This document shows, one piece after another, positions 1 through 9,752 of a DNA stretch of 64,000 nt. The stretch's first letter is position 1; each line of letters begins with the position of its first letter. A model generated the notes under the pieces. It worked only from the letters and a program-made list of their open reading frames with translations, did no database searches and was not told the origin of the DNA. A program made the translations under genes and the position numbers. Source of the stretch: Limnohabitans sp. (GTDB lineage Bacteria; Pseudomonadota; Gammaproteobacteria; Burkholderiales; Burkholderiaceae_C); NCBI GenBank assembly GCA_009693505.1, contig SHXD01000010.1, forward strand, positions 670 through 64,669, in the 5' to 3' direction.

Positions 1-1375
1 CTTCACTGAAAATAGCTTGCAACAAACCTGGGTGACTCAAAACACCTGGGGTCTGTGTGGCTTGGCGCGCCACTTGATTGGCCTTTTGGATGTTGAGTTT
101 GAGTTTGTCTGCCACTGGCTTCAAGCTGTCAGATTGCTCGTACACCGTGTTGGAAAATGTTTCTGCCAACTCGGCATATTTGCGCTGGGCTTGCTGCTTC
201 TTTAAGTCTGCCTCCATAGAGGGGCGCAGGGACTCAAAGCTTTGGGCTTTGGCGGCCTTGATGTCAGTGAGTTGAATGATGTGGTAACCGAATTCAGACT
301 CGACCAAGTCGCTGATATCTGACTTTTTCAGGCTGAATGCCGAATCTTCAAAGGCTTTCACCATGGCTCCACGACCGAAGAAGTCTAAATCACCCCCTTT
401 GACAGCAGAGCCAGGGTCTTGAGAGTTTTTGCGAGCAACATCGGCAAAGCTTGCAGGCTTGGCTTTGACCAATTTCAACAGCTCCTCAGCCTTGGCGCGT
501 GCTATTTTTTTCTCAGCTTCAGGCGAATCCTTGGCTGCGGTGATCAAAATATGGCTGGCACGACGCTCTTCTTTGCTGGACAAACGCTGCAAGTTTTGCT
601 CGTAATAAGACTTCAAGTCTTGTTCGTTCAAAGTAATCGATTGACGCAGGCTTTCAATGTCGAGAACAATGTACTCAATGTCAGCTGACTGGGAAGATTG
701 GTATTTGTCTTTGTTTTTATCGTAATAAGCCTGCAAATCAGCATCAGAGACCGTGATTTTGCCGAGGTAATCAGCAGCTGGGAAATTCAAAATTTGAACT
801 TCGCGGCGCTGCATGAAAGCGTTCATGGCCGTTTGCGTCTGCGCAGAAGTGGCGTAAGCAGATGCTTGAACACCTTGAATGACTTGGCGATTGGACAAAT
901 CTGCACGAACTTGCATTTCAAACATTTCTGGCGTCATGCCCTGTGAGGCTGCGAGCTGTTTGTAACGCTCCATGTCAAGCTTGCCATCAGCCGTGCGCAA
1001 TGCCGCAATGGCAGGACTTTGCTGTAACTCGCGCGCCAAACGTGTGTCGCTGGCCACCAACTGCAATTTTTGAGCCGCTGCAGAAATGACCTGGTCACGA
1101 ACCAAACGCTCTAGCGTGGCGTACTTGGCTTCTGTAGTGTCAAACAACTTGGCATCAATATTGGGCATGGACGCCCGAATTCGATCAACTTCGCGCTTGT
1201 GTGCGGCGTCCCAATCCGTTTGGTTGATTTTGTTGCCGTTGACTTTGGCAACCACGGCACCCTTGTCGTTGAAACGACTGTAGCCTTCAAGACCAAACAA
1301 AACGAAGGAGGGAATGATGAGCAGGAACAATATGCCCATCATGATCTTGGTGTTGTTTCGGACAAAATCAAACAT
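1..1375 (-). CDS. ppiD: Periplasmic chaperone / peptidyl-prolyl isomerase PpiD (N-terminal ~458 aa; the 3' end runs off the window start)
   Basis: Absent from the ORF track because it is open at the window edge. The reverse-strand ATG at 1375..1373 gives MFDFVRNNTKIMMGILFLLIIPSFVLFGLEGY (N-terminal membrane anchor), and a parvulin-like ...RRASHILI... segment follows. The frame stays open to base 1. hupB-tRNA-Val-ppiD is the canonical context. Confidence 0.85.
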   Translation of the reverse strand, partial: MFDFVRNNTKIMMGILFLLIIPSFVLFGLEGYSRFNDKGAVVAKVNGNKINQTDWDAAHKREVDRIRASMPNIDAKLFDTTEAKYATLERLVRDQVISAAAQKLQLVASDTRLARELQQSPAIAALRTADGKLDMERYKQLAASQGMTPEMFEMQVRADLSNRQVIQGVQASAYATSAQTQTAMNAFMQRREVQILNFPAADYLGKITVSDADLQAYYDKNKDKYQSSQSADIEYIVLDIESLRQSITLNEQDLKSYYEQNLQRLSSKEERRASHILITAAKDSPEAEKKIARAKAEELLKLVKAKPASFADVARKNSQDPGSAVKGGDLDFFGRGAMVKAFEDSAFSLKKSDISDLVESEFGYHIIQLTDIKAAKAQSFESLRPSMEADLKKQQAQRKYAELAETFSNTVYEQSDSLKPVADKLKLNIQKANQVARQATQTPGVLSHPGLLQAIFSE

Positions 1376-1455
1376 GTGAGAACTCTCTGTCTATTGACGC
1401 TGTAAATGTCACAAAAAGACAAAAGGCGAACAACCTGTTCGCCTCTGTTTGGGGG

Positions 1456-1531
1456 TGGTGGGTGCTGACGGGGTCGAACCGCCGACCTACGCCTTGTAAG
1501 GGCGCCGCTCTACCGACTGAGCTAAGCACCC
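1456..1531 (-). tRNA. tRNA-Val (anticodon TAC), 76 nt with encoded CCA
   Basis: The reverse complement GGGTGCTTAGCTCAGTCGGTAGAGCGGCGCCCTTACAAGGCGTAGGTCGGCGGTTCGACCCCGTCAGCACCCACCA folds by hand into a cloverleaf. The acceptor is GGGTGCT/AGCACCC, the anticodon loop CTTACAA and the T-loop TTCGACC. Confidence 0.93.
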
Positions 1532-1544
1532 CCCTAATCAAAGA

Positions 1545-1817
1545 TTAATTCAAGGCGTCTTTTAAAGCCTTGCCTGGACGGAACTTAGGCACCTTGGCAG
1601 ATTTGATTTTGATGGCAGCACCTGTACGTGGATTGCGACCAGCACGAGCAGCACGTTTGGTGACGGCGAATGTACCGAAACCAACCAAAGCGACAGTGCC
1701 GCCTTTTTTCAATGTAGTGCGAACGGCGCCAATGGTGGCTTCCAATGCACGACCAGCAGCAGCTTTAGAAATGTCTGCTTGTTTGGCAATGTGCTCGATC
1801 AATTCAGTCTTGTTCAT
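1545..1817 (-). CDS. hupB: DNA-binding protein HU-beta (90 aa from the internal ATG of the 101-aa ORF)
   Basis: [32 protein letters not shown]...[25 protein letters not shown] is a textbook HU sequence. Confidence 0.93.
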   Translation of the reverse strand: MNKTELIEHIAKQADISKAAAGRALEATIGAVRTTLKKGGTVALVGFGTFAVTKRAARAGRNPRTGAAIKIKSAKVPKFRPGKALKDALN

Positions 1818-2088
1818 ACAAAGAACCTTAGAAAAAATAAGAGCACTCAATTTTTGAGTGACTCATGATTATTAAAATTTTTTTGAAGTTTCAAAAAAAC
1901 ATTTCGGAACAAAACATTGTCTCCACAATGATTTTGCAGACCTCAATTTAAACAGACAAAACGAGTCTGTCAAATGTTTTTGTGCCTAGGAGCCGCAATG
2001 CGACTCGAATTCTAGACGCAAACTGAATGTCTGCAAGGGGCTTCGCGAAAAAAAATTTGAAGATCCAACAACTAGATCCCAAAAGTTC

Positions 2089-3174
2089 TCATAAAGCTGC
2101 AGCAATGGCTTTTCCAACGTCTTGCGTATTAGCAGAACCCCCAATGTCTGCGGTACGTGGCGCACCACTATTGGGTGCTAATACTTTTTCAATTGCAGCC
2201 ATTACGGCATCGTGAGCGGGCTTGCAACCCAAAAATTCCAACATCATGGCACCGCACCAAATTTGACCGATGGGGTTTGCAATGTTTTTTCCTGCGATGT
2301 CTGGTGCAGAGCCATGAACGGGTTCAAACAAAGAGGGGTATTTGCGATCGGGATTGAGGTTGGCACTGGGTGCAATGCCAATCGTACCTGTGCAAGCTGG
2401 GCCCAAGTCGCTCAAAATGTCACCAAACAAATTGCTGGCCACCACCACATCAAAAAAGTCGGGGCGTTGCACAAAGTGCGCAGTCAAAATATCGATGTGA
2501 AACTTGTCAACACGGATACCCGGGTAGTTCTTGGCCATTTCTACGACTCGCTCATCCCAATAAGGCATGGTGATGGCAATGCCGTTGGATTTGGTGGCGC
2601 TGGTGAGATGCTTCTTAGGGCGAGTCTGCGCAAGTTCAAAGGCGAATTTCAAGACGCGATCGACACCAATGCGCGACATGACCGTTTCTTGCATCACAAT
2701 TTCACGCTCGGTGCCAGGGTACATACGCCCGCCAATGCTGGAGTACTCACCCTCGGTGTTTTCGCGCACGATGTACATGTCAATTTCACCGGGCTGTCTG
2801 GGCGAGCCATCTCTTCGCACCACGGGTGCAATGATGCCCGGCATGAGTCTGGCCGGACGCAAGTTGATGTACTGATCAAACTCACGGCGGAACAAAAGCA
2901 AAGAGCCCCACAAAGACACATGATCGGCAATTTTGTCTGGCCAACCCACAGCACCAAAGTAGATGGCATCGTGGCCACCGATTTGGTCTTTCCAATTGTC
3001 GGGCAGCATTTGGCCATGCTTTTCAAAGTAGTCCCAACTTGAAAAGTCGAAATGATCAAATTGCAAATCGAGATTGAATTTTGAAGCCGCTGCCGCCATG
3101 ACCCTGAGGCCCTCGGGCATGACTTCTTTGCCAATACCATCTCCAGCAATGACTGCAATGCGTTTTTTTGTCAT
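2089..3174 (-). CDS. Tartrate dehydrogenase/decarboxylase or D-malate dehydrogenase (isocitrate/isopropylmalate dehydrogenase family)
   Basis: The N-terminus MTKKRIAVIAGDGIGKEVMPEG, the NLRP, ENTEGEYS and NLFGDILSD motifs, and the 361-aa length match TtuC/DmlA-type enzymes. A GGAG lies upstream of the ATG at 3174. Confidence 0.85.
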   Translation of the reverse strand: MTKKRIAVIAGDGIGKEVMPEGLRVMAAAASKFNLDLQFDHFDFSSWDYFEKHGQMLPDNWKDQIGGHDAIYFGAVGWPDKIADHVSLWGSLLLFRREFDQYINLRPARLMPGIIAPVVRRDGSPRQPGEIDMYIVRENTEGEYSSIGGRMYPGTEREIVMQETVMSRIGVDRVLKFAFELAQTRPKKHLTSATKSNGIAITMPYWDERVVEMAKNYPGIRVDKFHIDILTAHFVQRPDFFDVVVASNLFGDILSDLGPACTGTIGIAPSANLNPDRKYPSLFEPVHGSAPDIAGKNIANPIGQIWCGAMMLEFLGCKPAHDAVMAAIEKVLAPNSGAPRTADIGGSANTQDVGKAIAAAL

Positions 3175-3191
3175 GTTTTTTCTCCTAAGAT

Positions 3192-4094
3192 TTATTGAGC
3201 GGGCCTTACAACCCAACTTACGCCCCAAGCCGTGAGTGCAATACCGACCAGTGTGAAAGCAGTGATAGGTTCATCGAATAAGAACCACGCCACCAAAGCC
3301 GTACAGGGCGGCACAAGGTACATCAAGCTGGTCACACTGGCAGCAGCGCCCTTCTGAATGAGAATGTACAAAAGTGAACTGCCCCCTAAGGTCAATCCTA
3401 ATACAGACCATGCCATGGCGCCAATGAACTCGGCGTTGAATTGCACGGATTCAGTTTCTAACAGCGCCAAGGGCGTTGTAACAAGCAATGCCGCAAGCAA
3501 TTGAACGGTATTGGCCGTTCGAACGTCACATGGCTTGACGAAGCTTTTTTGGTAAAGCGTCCCCAAGGTAATGGAGAGCAGCGCCATGATGGCAAAACTC
3601 AAATTGAGTGCATTGACATGGTCCAAAGCGCTGCCCTGCGTGAGTTTGTGCCAGACCACCAAAAGCAGTCCACAAAAACCCAACAACAAACCGATCCACT
3701 GGCGGCGGCTCACCTTGTTTTCTAAAGTGGTATCTCTGGACGACAGCCAAATGGCGGTCAGCACGGGTTGCAGTCCCACAATGAGAGCCGACAAACCAGA
3801 CCCCATGCCCGCCTTCACCGCAGCCCAAACGCCGCCCAGGTAGCCTGCATGCATGAGAACGCCAGTGACTGACAAGTGAAACCATTCCGATCGACTTTGC
3901 GGCCATTTCACCTTAGCCACCCTGATCCAAATGACAAAGCAAGCAATGGACAGGGCGTAGCGAAGCCCTAAAAAGGAAAACGGGGGTGCATTGGGCATGC
4001 CAAAACGTGCAACGATGAAGCCCGTGCTCCAAATAAGCACGAAGACCGCAGGCATGGCCCGAACCCAGGCGTCGGAAGACTCTGAGTGATTCAT
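3192..4094 (-). CDS. EamA/DMT-family transporter (10-TM type)
   Basis: 300-aa polytopic membrane protein with the duplicated EamA-like architecture. Its ATG overlaps the pgsA stop (ATGA at 4094..4091). Confidence 0.8.
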   Translation of the reverse strand: MNHSESSDAWVRAMPAVFVLIWSTGFIVARFGMPNAPPFSFLGLRYALSIACFVIWIRVAKVKWPQSRSEWFHLSVTGVLMHAGYLGGVWAAVKAGMGSGLSALIVGLQPVLTAIWLSSRDTTLENKVSRRQWIGLLLGFCGLLLVVWHKLTQGSALDHVNALNLSFAIMALLSITLGTLYQKSFVKPCDVRTANTVQLLAALLVTTPLALLETESVQFNAEFIGAMAWSVLGLTLGGSSLLYILIQKGAAASVTSLMYLVPPCTALVAWFLFDEPITAFTLVGIALTAWGVSWVVRPAQ

Positions 4095-4678
4095 TTCACT
4101 CGCGCACGAATCTCAGGGAGGGCCTTTTGCATGTAGTAAATCATAGACCAAATGGTCAGAATGGAGGCAATCCAGATCAGGCCAGTGCCCCACAAGTGCG
4201 TGTCAATCACGCCGAACAATTGACCATTGAAAAGTAAAAACGGAATGGCCACCATCTGCACCGTGGTCTTTAGCTTGCCGACGAAATGAACCGCAACACT
4301 TTTGCTCGCACCAATTTGCGCCATCCACTCACGCAAGGCCGTTATGGCAATTTCACGCCCAATGATGATCAATGCCACAAAAACATGAACGCGATGCAAG
4401 TGAACCAGTACCAACAAGGAGGCACAGACCAAAAACTTGTCTGCCACAGGGTCTAAAAATGCGCCAAATGAAGAGGTTTGGTTGAGCTTTCGGGCCAAAA
4501 AACCATCGAGCCAGTCTGTGGTTGCAAAAATCACAAACATGGAGGTGGCCAAAAAGTTGCGTGATTCAACGGGCAACTCAGTGTAGAACACCCCCACAAT
4601 GAAGGGAATCGCGACGATGCGCGTCCAAGTCATGAGGTTGGGGATGGTGAAAAACATGGTAAACATTGTGTCACGCAT
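4091..4678 (-). CDS. pgsA: CDP-diacylglycerol--glycerol-3-phosphate 3-phosphatidyltransferase
   Basis: The sequence IPNLMTWTRIVAIPFIV...DWLDGFLARKLNQTSSFGAFLDPVADK contains the CDP-alcohol phosphatidyltransferase motif. The track ORF starts at a TTG (4708). The first ATG is at 4678, with others at 4666 and 4657, so the start is uncertain. Confidence 0.9.
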   Translation of the reverse strand: MRDTMFTMFFTIPNLMTWTRIVAIPFIVGVFYTELPVESRNFLATSMFVIFATTDWLDGFLARKLNQTSSFGAFLDPVADKFLVCASLLVLVHLHRVHVFVALIIIGREIAITALREWMAQIGASKSVAVHFVGKLKTTVQMVAIPFLLFNGQLFGVIDTHLWGTGLIWIASILTIWSMIYYMQKALPEIRARVK

Positions 4679-4711
4679 TGAAGTCAGTTTGCTGACACCA
4701 AGGCGCAATTC

Positions 4712-6682
4712 TCAGTGAAGGGCCTGGTAAATGCTTTCTGCCAATTCCTTGGATATGCCATCCACCGACATCAGATCGTCAACACTGGCGTCTTCTACGC
4801 CACGCACCCCCCCAAAGCGCTGCAACAGCTTGGCGCGTTTTTTGGGGCCAATGCCCCCAATTTCCTCTAAACGCCCACCTCCCATTCGAACTTTGGCGCG
4901 TTGTGCACGCATTCCCGTGATGGCAAATCGGTGCGCTTCGTCTCTTACTTGAGCGACCAACATCAAGGCCGCTGAATCTTTGCCCAGATAAACCTTGTCT
5001 CGACCATCGGCAAAGACAAGCTCTTCGAGGCCCACTTTTCGGCCCTCCCCTTTTTCGACGCCCACAATCAAGGACAGATCGAGGCCCAAAGCTTCGAAGG
5101 CTTCTCGGGCCATCGATACCTGTCCCTTGCCACCATCAATGAGCACCAAGTCTGGCATGCGCACCTTGCGATCTGCCTCGCCAGATTTGATGGCCTCGGC
5201 CAACTTGCCATATCGCCGCATCAAGACCTGCCGCATGGCCGCGTAATCGTCACCGGGTGTGATGCCTTCAATTTTGTAGCGTCGATATTCGCTATTTTGC
5301 ATTTTGTGATTTTGAAAAACCACACAAGAAGCTTGCGTCGCTTCGCCAGATGTATGAGAAATGTCAAAGCATTCCATGCGCAAGGCGTCCATGTCATCCG
5401 GCGCTAAATCGAGCGCTTCAACCAAGGCTCTGGTTCGCGCTTGTTGCGAGCCCTCTTCCGCCAACAAACGGGCCAGTTGGATGGCCGCATTTTTCTCAGC
5501 CATCTCCAACCATGATCTTCTTTGCTCGCGAGGGTTGTGCACGGCGTTGACTTTCATGCCAGACTGAAAGGCGATGGCATCAAGCACCTTGGCATCTATT
5601 TTCTCGCTGGTGATCAATGTTGTCGGCACCGGAATGCTCAAGTAATGCTGGGCAATGAAGGCCTCCAAAACTTTCACCTCTAAAGTTTGTGCAATCGCGC
5701 TGACATCATCTTCCAAAGCGAGGTTGAGCATGGCGTGTCCATCTTCCACATGCGAGGGAAAATAAGGCCGATCGCCCAAATGTCGGCCCCCTCGAACCAT
5801 GGCCAAATTGACACACGCCCTGCCGCCCTGCACCTTGACGGCCAAAATATCGACGTCGGTGTCTGATACGTTATCAACCGATTGCTGATGCAGCACGCGC
5901 GACAAAGCCGTCATCTGATTGCGAACTTCTGCCGCCATCTCAAACTCAAGCTTGTCGGCATGCGCCATCATGCGTTCTTCCATGGCCTTTAAGACGGCCT
6001 GCGTCTCTCCCTGCAAGAAAGCTTCTGCTTGCGCCACATCTTGCGCATACTGGACCACTGACACCACACCCACACAAGGGCCCGAACAACGCTTGATTTG
6101 GTAAAGCAAACAAGGTCGAGTTCGGTTTGAAAAAACAGTGTCTTCACAAGTGCGCAGTCTGAAAACTTTTTGCAGCAGTTGAATCGTTTCCTTTACGGCC
6201 CATGCACTGGGGTAAGGCCCAAAGTAACGGTGTTTTTTTTCAACACCCCCGCGGTAGTAGGCAATCCTTGAATAGTCTTCTGCTTTGACAACTGGCTTGT
6301 CTTCGCATGCTGTATCGGAAGTCGGCTTGTTGCGGCGGGTAACACCGGTGCCTGATACTTTGAGGTAGGGATAGCTTTTGTCGTCTCGAAACAAAATATT
6401 GAACTTAGGGCTCAATGTTTTGATCAAATTATTTTCAAGCAGCAAGGCTTCAGCTTCTGAACGCACCACGGTGGTTTGCATGCGCCGGATCTTGCTAATC
6501 ATGTGCCCAATGCGGGTACCACCATGGTCTTTTTGAAAATAACTGCTGACACGCTTTTTTAAATTCCTGGCCTTGCCAACGTACAAAACCTGATCTTCCG
6601 CATCGAAATAGCGATAAACCCCGGGCAAGCTGGGAAGTGCGGCCACGTCGGCCAACAAAGAATCTGGGTGAACACTGGACAT
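4712..6682 (-). CDS. uvrC: Excinuclease ABC subunit C
   Basis: An N-terminal GIY-YIG module ([25 protein letters not shown]), a UvrBC domain and a C-terminal (HhH)2 are present. uvrC-pgsA adjacency is canonical. Confidence 0.95.
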   Translation of the reverse strand: MSSVHPDSLLADVAALPSLPGVYRYFDAEDQVLYVGKARNLKKRVSSYFQKDHGGTRIGHMISKIRRMQTTVVRSEAEALLLENNLIKTLSPKFNILFRDDKSYPYLKVSGTGVTRRNKPTSDTACEDKPVVKAEDYSRIAYYRGGVEKKHRYFGPYPSAWAVKETIQLLQKVFRLRTCEDTVFSNRTRPCLLYQIKRCSGPCVGVVSVVQYAQDVAQAEAFLQGETQAVLKAMEERMMAHADKLEFEMAAEVRNQMTALSRVLHQQSVDNVSDTDVDILAVKVQGGRACVNLAMVRGGRHLGDRPYFPSHVEDGHAMLNLALEDDVSAIAQTLEVKVLEAFIAQHYLSIPVPTTLITSEKIDAKVLDAIAFQSGMKVNAVHNPREQRRSWLEMAEKNAAIQLARLLAEEGSQQARTRALVEALDLAPDDMDALRMECFDISHTSGEATQASCVVFQNHKMQNSEYRRYKIEGITPGDDYAAMRQVLMRRYGKLAEAIKSGEADRKVRMPDLVLIDGGKGQVSMAREAFEALGLDLSLIVGVEKGEGRKVGLEELVFADGRDKVYLGKDSAALMLVAQVRDEAHRFAITGMRAQRAKVRMGGGRLEEIGGIGPKKRAKLLQRFGGVRGVEDASVDDLMSVDGISKELAESIYQALH

Positions 6683-6721
6683 GAGGGCTATTGTGTCTCG
6701 AAGCGAGCGACAATATCACGC

Positions 6722-7822
6722 ATGCATTGGGACATTTTTTGCCGCGTCATCGACAACCACGGAGATTTGGGGGTCTGTTGGCGCCTGAGTGCCGATTTGG
6801 CCTCGCGCGGTCACCGCGTCAGGCTTTGGGTAGACGATGCCACTTCACTTGCCTGGATGGCGCCCGATGCGAAGCCCAACGCCGAGGGTCGAGCCCAGTT
6901 CAACACGACAACTGGAACTGTGGTCGTGCGGTCTTGGCATGACGCCCTCGATGGCATTGACCAGCCTTCCAACGTATGGGTAGCAGCCTTTGGCTGCGAA
7001 CTACCAGAGCACTTTGTCAATTGGGCGCATCAAAGACAACCCAATGCGCACAGTCCTTCATGTCCCGTCTGGCTTAATTTGGAATACCTCAGCGCAGAGA
7101 CTTATGTGGAAAGAAGCCACAAACTGCCCTCGCCCGTGATGAGCGGCCTGCTGAAAGGCCGAACCAAATGGTTTTTTTATCCAGGCTTCAATGACAAAAC
7201 AGGTGGCTTGATTCGAGAGGCAAGGGTTCTCGAAAAATTGAATGCCACTGCAACACCAGAGTTCGATCAATTTGGCAGCAAGCCCCTCCCTCAAAAAAGC
7301 ACTCTTTTTTGTTACGAGCCAACAGCCTTGGCAGAGGCTATTCAATTGGCTTCGTTGAATTCGACTGGACACCAATGGCAGGTGGCACATGGCCGAGGTG
7401 CTTTGGCCTTCGAGCAGGCATTGCGCAGTTTGCCAAGCCATGTTGATCAGCCTTCACATCAGTTCATTCCGCCTCTTTCTCAAACAAAATTTGACCAGCT
7501 TTTAAAATCAAGTGACTTGAATTTTGTCAGGGGCGAAGACTCTTTGGTCAGAGCGCTATGGGCTGGCAAGGCCTTTGTTTGGCAAATTTACCCCCAAGAT
7601 GATGGCGCTCACGGCCCCAAATTGAATGCTTTTTTAGACTGGCTCCATGCGCCAGACAGCCTACGCCGTTTTCACCTTGGCTGGAATGGACTTTCTCAAG
7701 AACCATTGCCTGAGGTGGACCTGCCAGCTTGGCAAGCTTGCGCAATGGCGGCTCAAGCGCGTTTGGTGCAACAAATGGATTTGGTCAGCCAATTGCTTCA
7801 ATTCGTCGCAGAAAAGCGCTAA
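6722..7822 (+). CDS. earP: EF-P arginine-32 rhamnosyltransferase EarP (DUF2331 family)
   Basis: The N-terminus MHWDIFCRVIDNHGDLGVCWRLSADLASRG is the characteristic EarP N-terminus, and the gene sits immediately upstream of efp. The ATG at 6722 is preferred over the longer track ORF. Confidence 0.88.
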   Translation: MHWDIFCRVIDNHGDLGVCWRLSADLASRGHRVRLWVDDATSLAWMAPDAKPNAEGRAQFNTTTGTVVVRSWHDALDGIDQPSNVWVAAFGCELPEHFVNWAHQRQPNAHSPSCPVWLNLEYLSAETYVERSHKLPSPVMSGLLKGRTKWFFYPGFNDKTGGLIREARVLEKLNATATPEFDQFGSKPLPQKSTLFCYEPTALAEAIQLASLNSTGHQWQVAHGRGALAFEQALRSLPSHVDQPSHQFIPPLSQTKFDQLLKSSDLNFVRGEDSLVRALWAGKAFVWQIYPQDDGAHGPKLNAFLDWLHAPDSLRRFHLGWNGLSQEPLPEVDLPAWQACAMAAQARLVQQMDLVSQLLQFVAEKR

Positions 7823-7952
7823 GATCATGGGCTTTGGGCTAATTGGATCTTGCGCCCTTCACTTAAATGGTCCGGCAGGGGTTCGCCTTGAAGGATCGCC
7901 CCCAGAGGATTAACCCCAAAGATTTATTCCTTGGAACAACATTGGACAGATT

Positions 7953-8507
7953 ATGAAAGTAGCTCAAGAAATTCGCGTCGGCAACGTCATCATGCAGGGC
8001 AAAGACCCCATGATCGTTTTGCGCACTGAGTACAGCCGTGGCGGCCGTGGTGCTGCCACTGTGCGCATGAAGCTCAAAGCCTTGCTAAGCAACATGGGCA
8101 CCGAGTCTGTCTTCAAAGCTGACGACAAAATGGACCAAGTCATCTTGGACCAAAAAGAGTGCACATACTCTTACTTTGCTGACCCCATGTATGTTTTCAT
8201 GGACACTGAATTCAACCAATACGAAGTTGAATCAGAAAACATGGGCGACGCCCTGCACTACCTCGAAGACGGCATGTCCGTTGAAGTGGTGTTCTACGAC
8301 GGAAAGGCCATTTCTGTTGAGCTGCCCACCAGCGTTGAACGCGAAATCACTTGGACCGAGCCAGCCGTTAAAGGCGACACCTCTGGCAAAGTGCTCAAGC
8401 CCGCCAAAATTGCCACCGGCTTTGAAGTGCCTGTGCCTTTGTTTGTGAACCAAGGCGATAAAATTGAAATTGACACACGCACAGGCGAATACCGCAAGCG
8501 CGTTTGA
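7953..8507 (+). CDS. efp: Elongation factor P (Arg-type modification loop)
   Basis: 184 aa ending in ...[14 protein letters not shown]. The loop [16 protein letters not shown] places Arg where lysylated EF-Ps have Lys34. Confidence 0.96.
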   Translation: MKVAQEIRVGNVIMQGKDPMIVLRTEYSRGGRGAATVRMKLKALLSNMGTESVFKADDKMDQVILDQKECTYSYFADPMYVFMDTEFNQYEVESENMGDALHYLEDGMSVEVVFYDGKAISVELPTSVEREITWTEPAVKGDTSGKVLKPAKIATGFEVPVPLFVNQGDKIEIDTRTGEYRKRV

Positions 8508-8542
8508 TCAACTTGTTTCAGTGGCCTCGGCTGCTGCGCACA

Positions 8543-8569
8543 AAGACCTCCTAGGAGGTCTTTTTTTTT
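8543..8569 (+). terminator. Rho-independent terminator after efp
   Basis: AAGACCT-CCTAGG-AGGTCTT hairpin followed by a T9 run. Confidence 0.8.
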
Positions 8570-9752
8570 AAGAGGCAGCAGGCATCTTTACTTTGGGTCG
8601 CAAGCGCCAAGCTTGTGGCGCGCCGCTAGCAACAGCAGAGCCCACCACCCAAAATACCACCGAGACGCCCACCAGAGCACCGGCCGCGCCAAAAATCAGA
8701 GGCATCACCACGCTGGAGGCATTCACCGTCATGATGCGCAAGCCTAGGGCCTCGCCTTGACGATGGGCGGGCGTAATTTGGTGCAAGGTACTCATCACCA
8801 TGGGCTGCACCACGCCCAAAACCACGCCCAAACAAACCGAACAAATACCCATGGCCAGTGCCGAGTCAAACAAGGGGTAAACAGCAAAGATGAGGCCTGC
8901 GCAAATCATGGCGCCGGTCAGCAATCGGTATTCTTGAAGGTGCCGCGCTATCCAAGGCAAGATCACACGGATCATGGCCGAAGCCACAGCGAATGAGCCC
9001 AAAATGGTGCCCACCACCGAGGCACTGAAACCTCTCTCATGGCCCAAGACGGGCACCACAAAAGTATGCACGTCCCAACAAGATGACAGCAACCAATTGA
9101 CAAACAGCAACCGCCGCATGAGCGGCTCATGCAGCAAATCCCAGACTCGGGCATTGGCATGTTCTGGAAGTTGCGGCTCGATGGGTTTTTCTTCAATGTT
9201 TCGAATCCATAACCATGCCAACAAAGGAAAAATGGTGAGCATCACAAAGGTGGCTCGAAAGCCATCGGCGTCGGCTGGCAAGGCGCCCGCGTAGTCAATC
9301 ATCAAACCCGCAAAAAATGGGCCCATGAAATTAGAGACAGCAGGTCCAATGGCCAACCAACTGAAGGTTTCTTTCAGCTGGTTGGCATCCGCAGAAATGC
9401 GGCCGACGTGCCTTTGCAAAGCAATGACCGTGATACCCGTTGCCCCTCCAGTGGCAAGGGCGCCTATGCAAAGAACAGGAAATATGGGCCAAATGACGGC
9501 CAGTCCTGCGCCCAAGCAAGCCATGACCACACCAATTTGAACGGGCCGCTTTAAACCATGCCGATCTGTGAATCGCCCCGCAGGAATGGCCATGAAAACT
9601 TGCGTGAGCGAGAACAGGGCCAGCAAAACACCCACGGCCATGGTGCTGTAGCCTTGTTGGAGTGCTAGCAGCGGTGTTGCCAAACGCATGCCTGTCATGC
9701 AGGCGTGTAAAAAAATCTGACCGGTGATCAGTTTGGCGAGTTCACGCTTCAC
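8568..9752 (-). CDS. MFS transporter
   Basis: 394-aa, roughly 12-TM protein. Its GTG start overlaps the rmuC stop (GTGA). Confidence 0.8.
   Translation of the reverse strand: MKRELAKLITGQIFLHACMTGMRLATPLLALQQGYSTMAVGVLLALFSLTQVFMAIPAGRFTDRHGLKRPVQIGVVMACLGAGLAVIWPIFPVLCIGALATGGATGITVIALQRHVGRISADANQLKETFSWLAIGPAVSNFMGPFFAGLMIDYAGALPADADGFRATFVMLTIFPLLAWLWIRNIEEKPIEPQLPEHANARVWDLLHEPLMRRLLFVNWLLSSCWDVHTFVVPVLGHERGFSASVVGTILGSFAVASAMIRVILPWIARHLQEYRLLTGAMICAGLIFAVYPLFDSALAMGICSVCLGVVLGVVQPMVMSTLHQITPAHRQGEALGLRIMTVNASSVVMPLIFGAAGALVGVSVVFWVVGSAVASGAPQAWRLRPKVKMPAAS

Noticed and set aside
2212-3042. Long antisense ORFs opposite well-supported genes, such as the 276-aa ORF opposite the tartrate dehydrogenase-like gene. 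Others are 28403..29029 opposite acs, 31325..31915 opposite fumarase, 33274..33924 and 33494..34132 on the MFS gene, 60079..60732 opposite hpnE, and 52911..53468 opposite tig.
   Set aside because: Their composition is low-complexity and Arg/Gly/His-rich, they have no recognisable motifs, and each is fully nested in a gene with strong family signatures. These are typical shadow ORFs.
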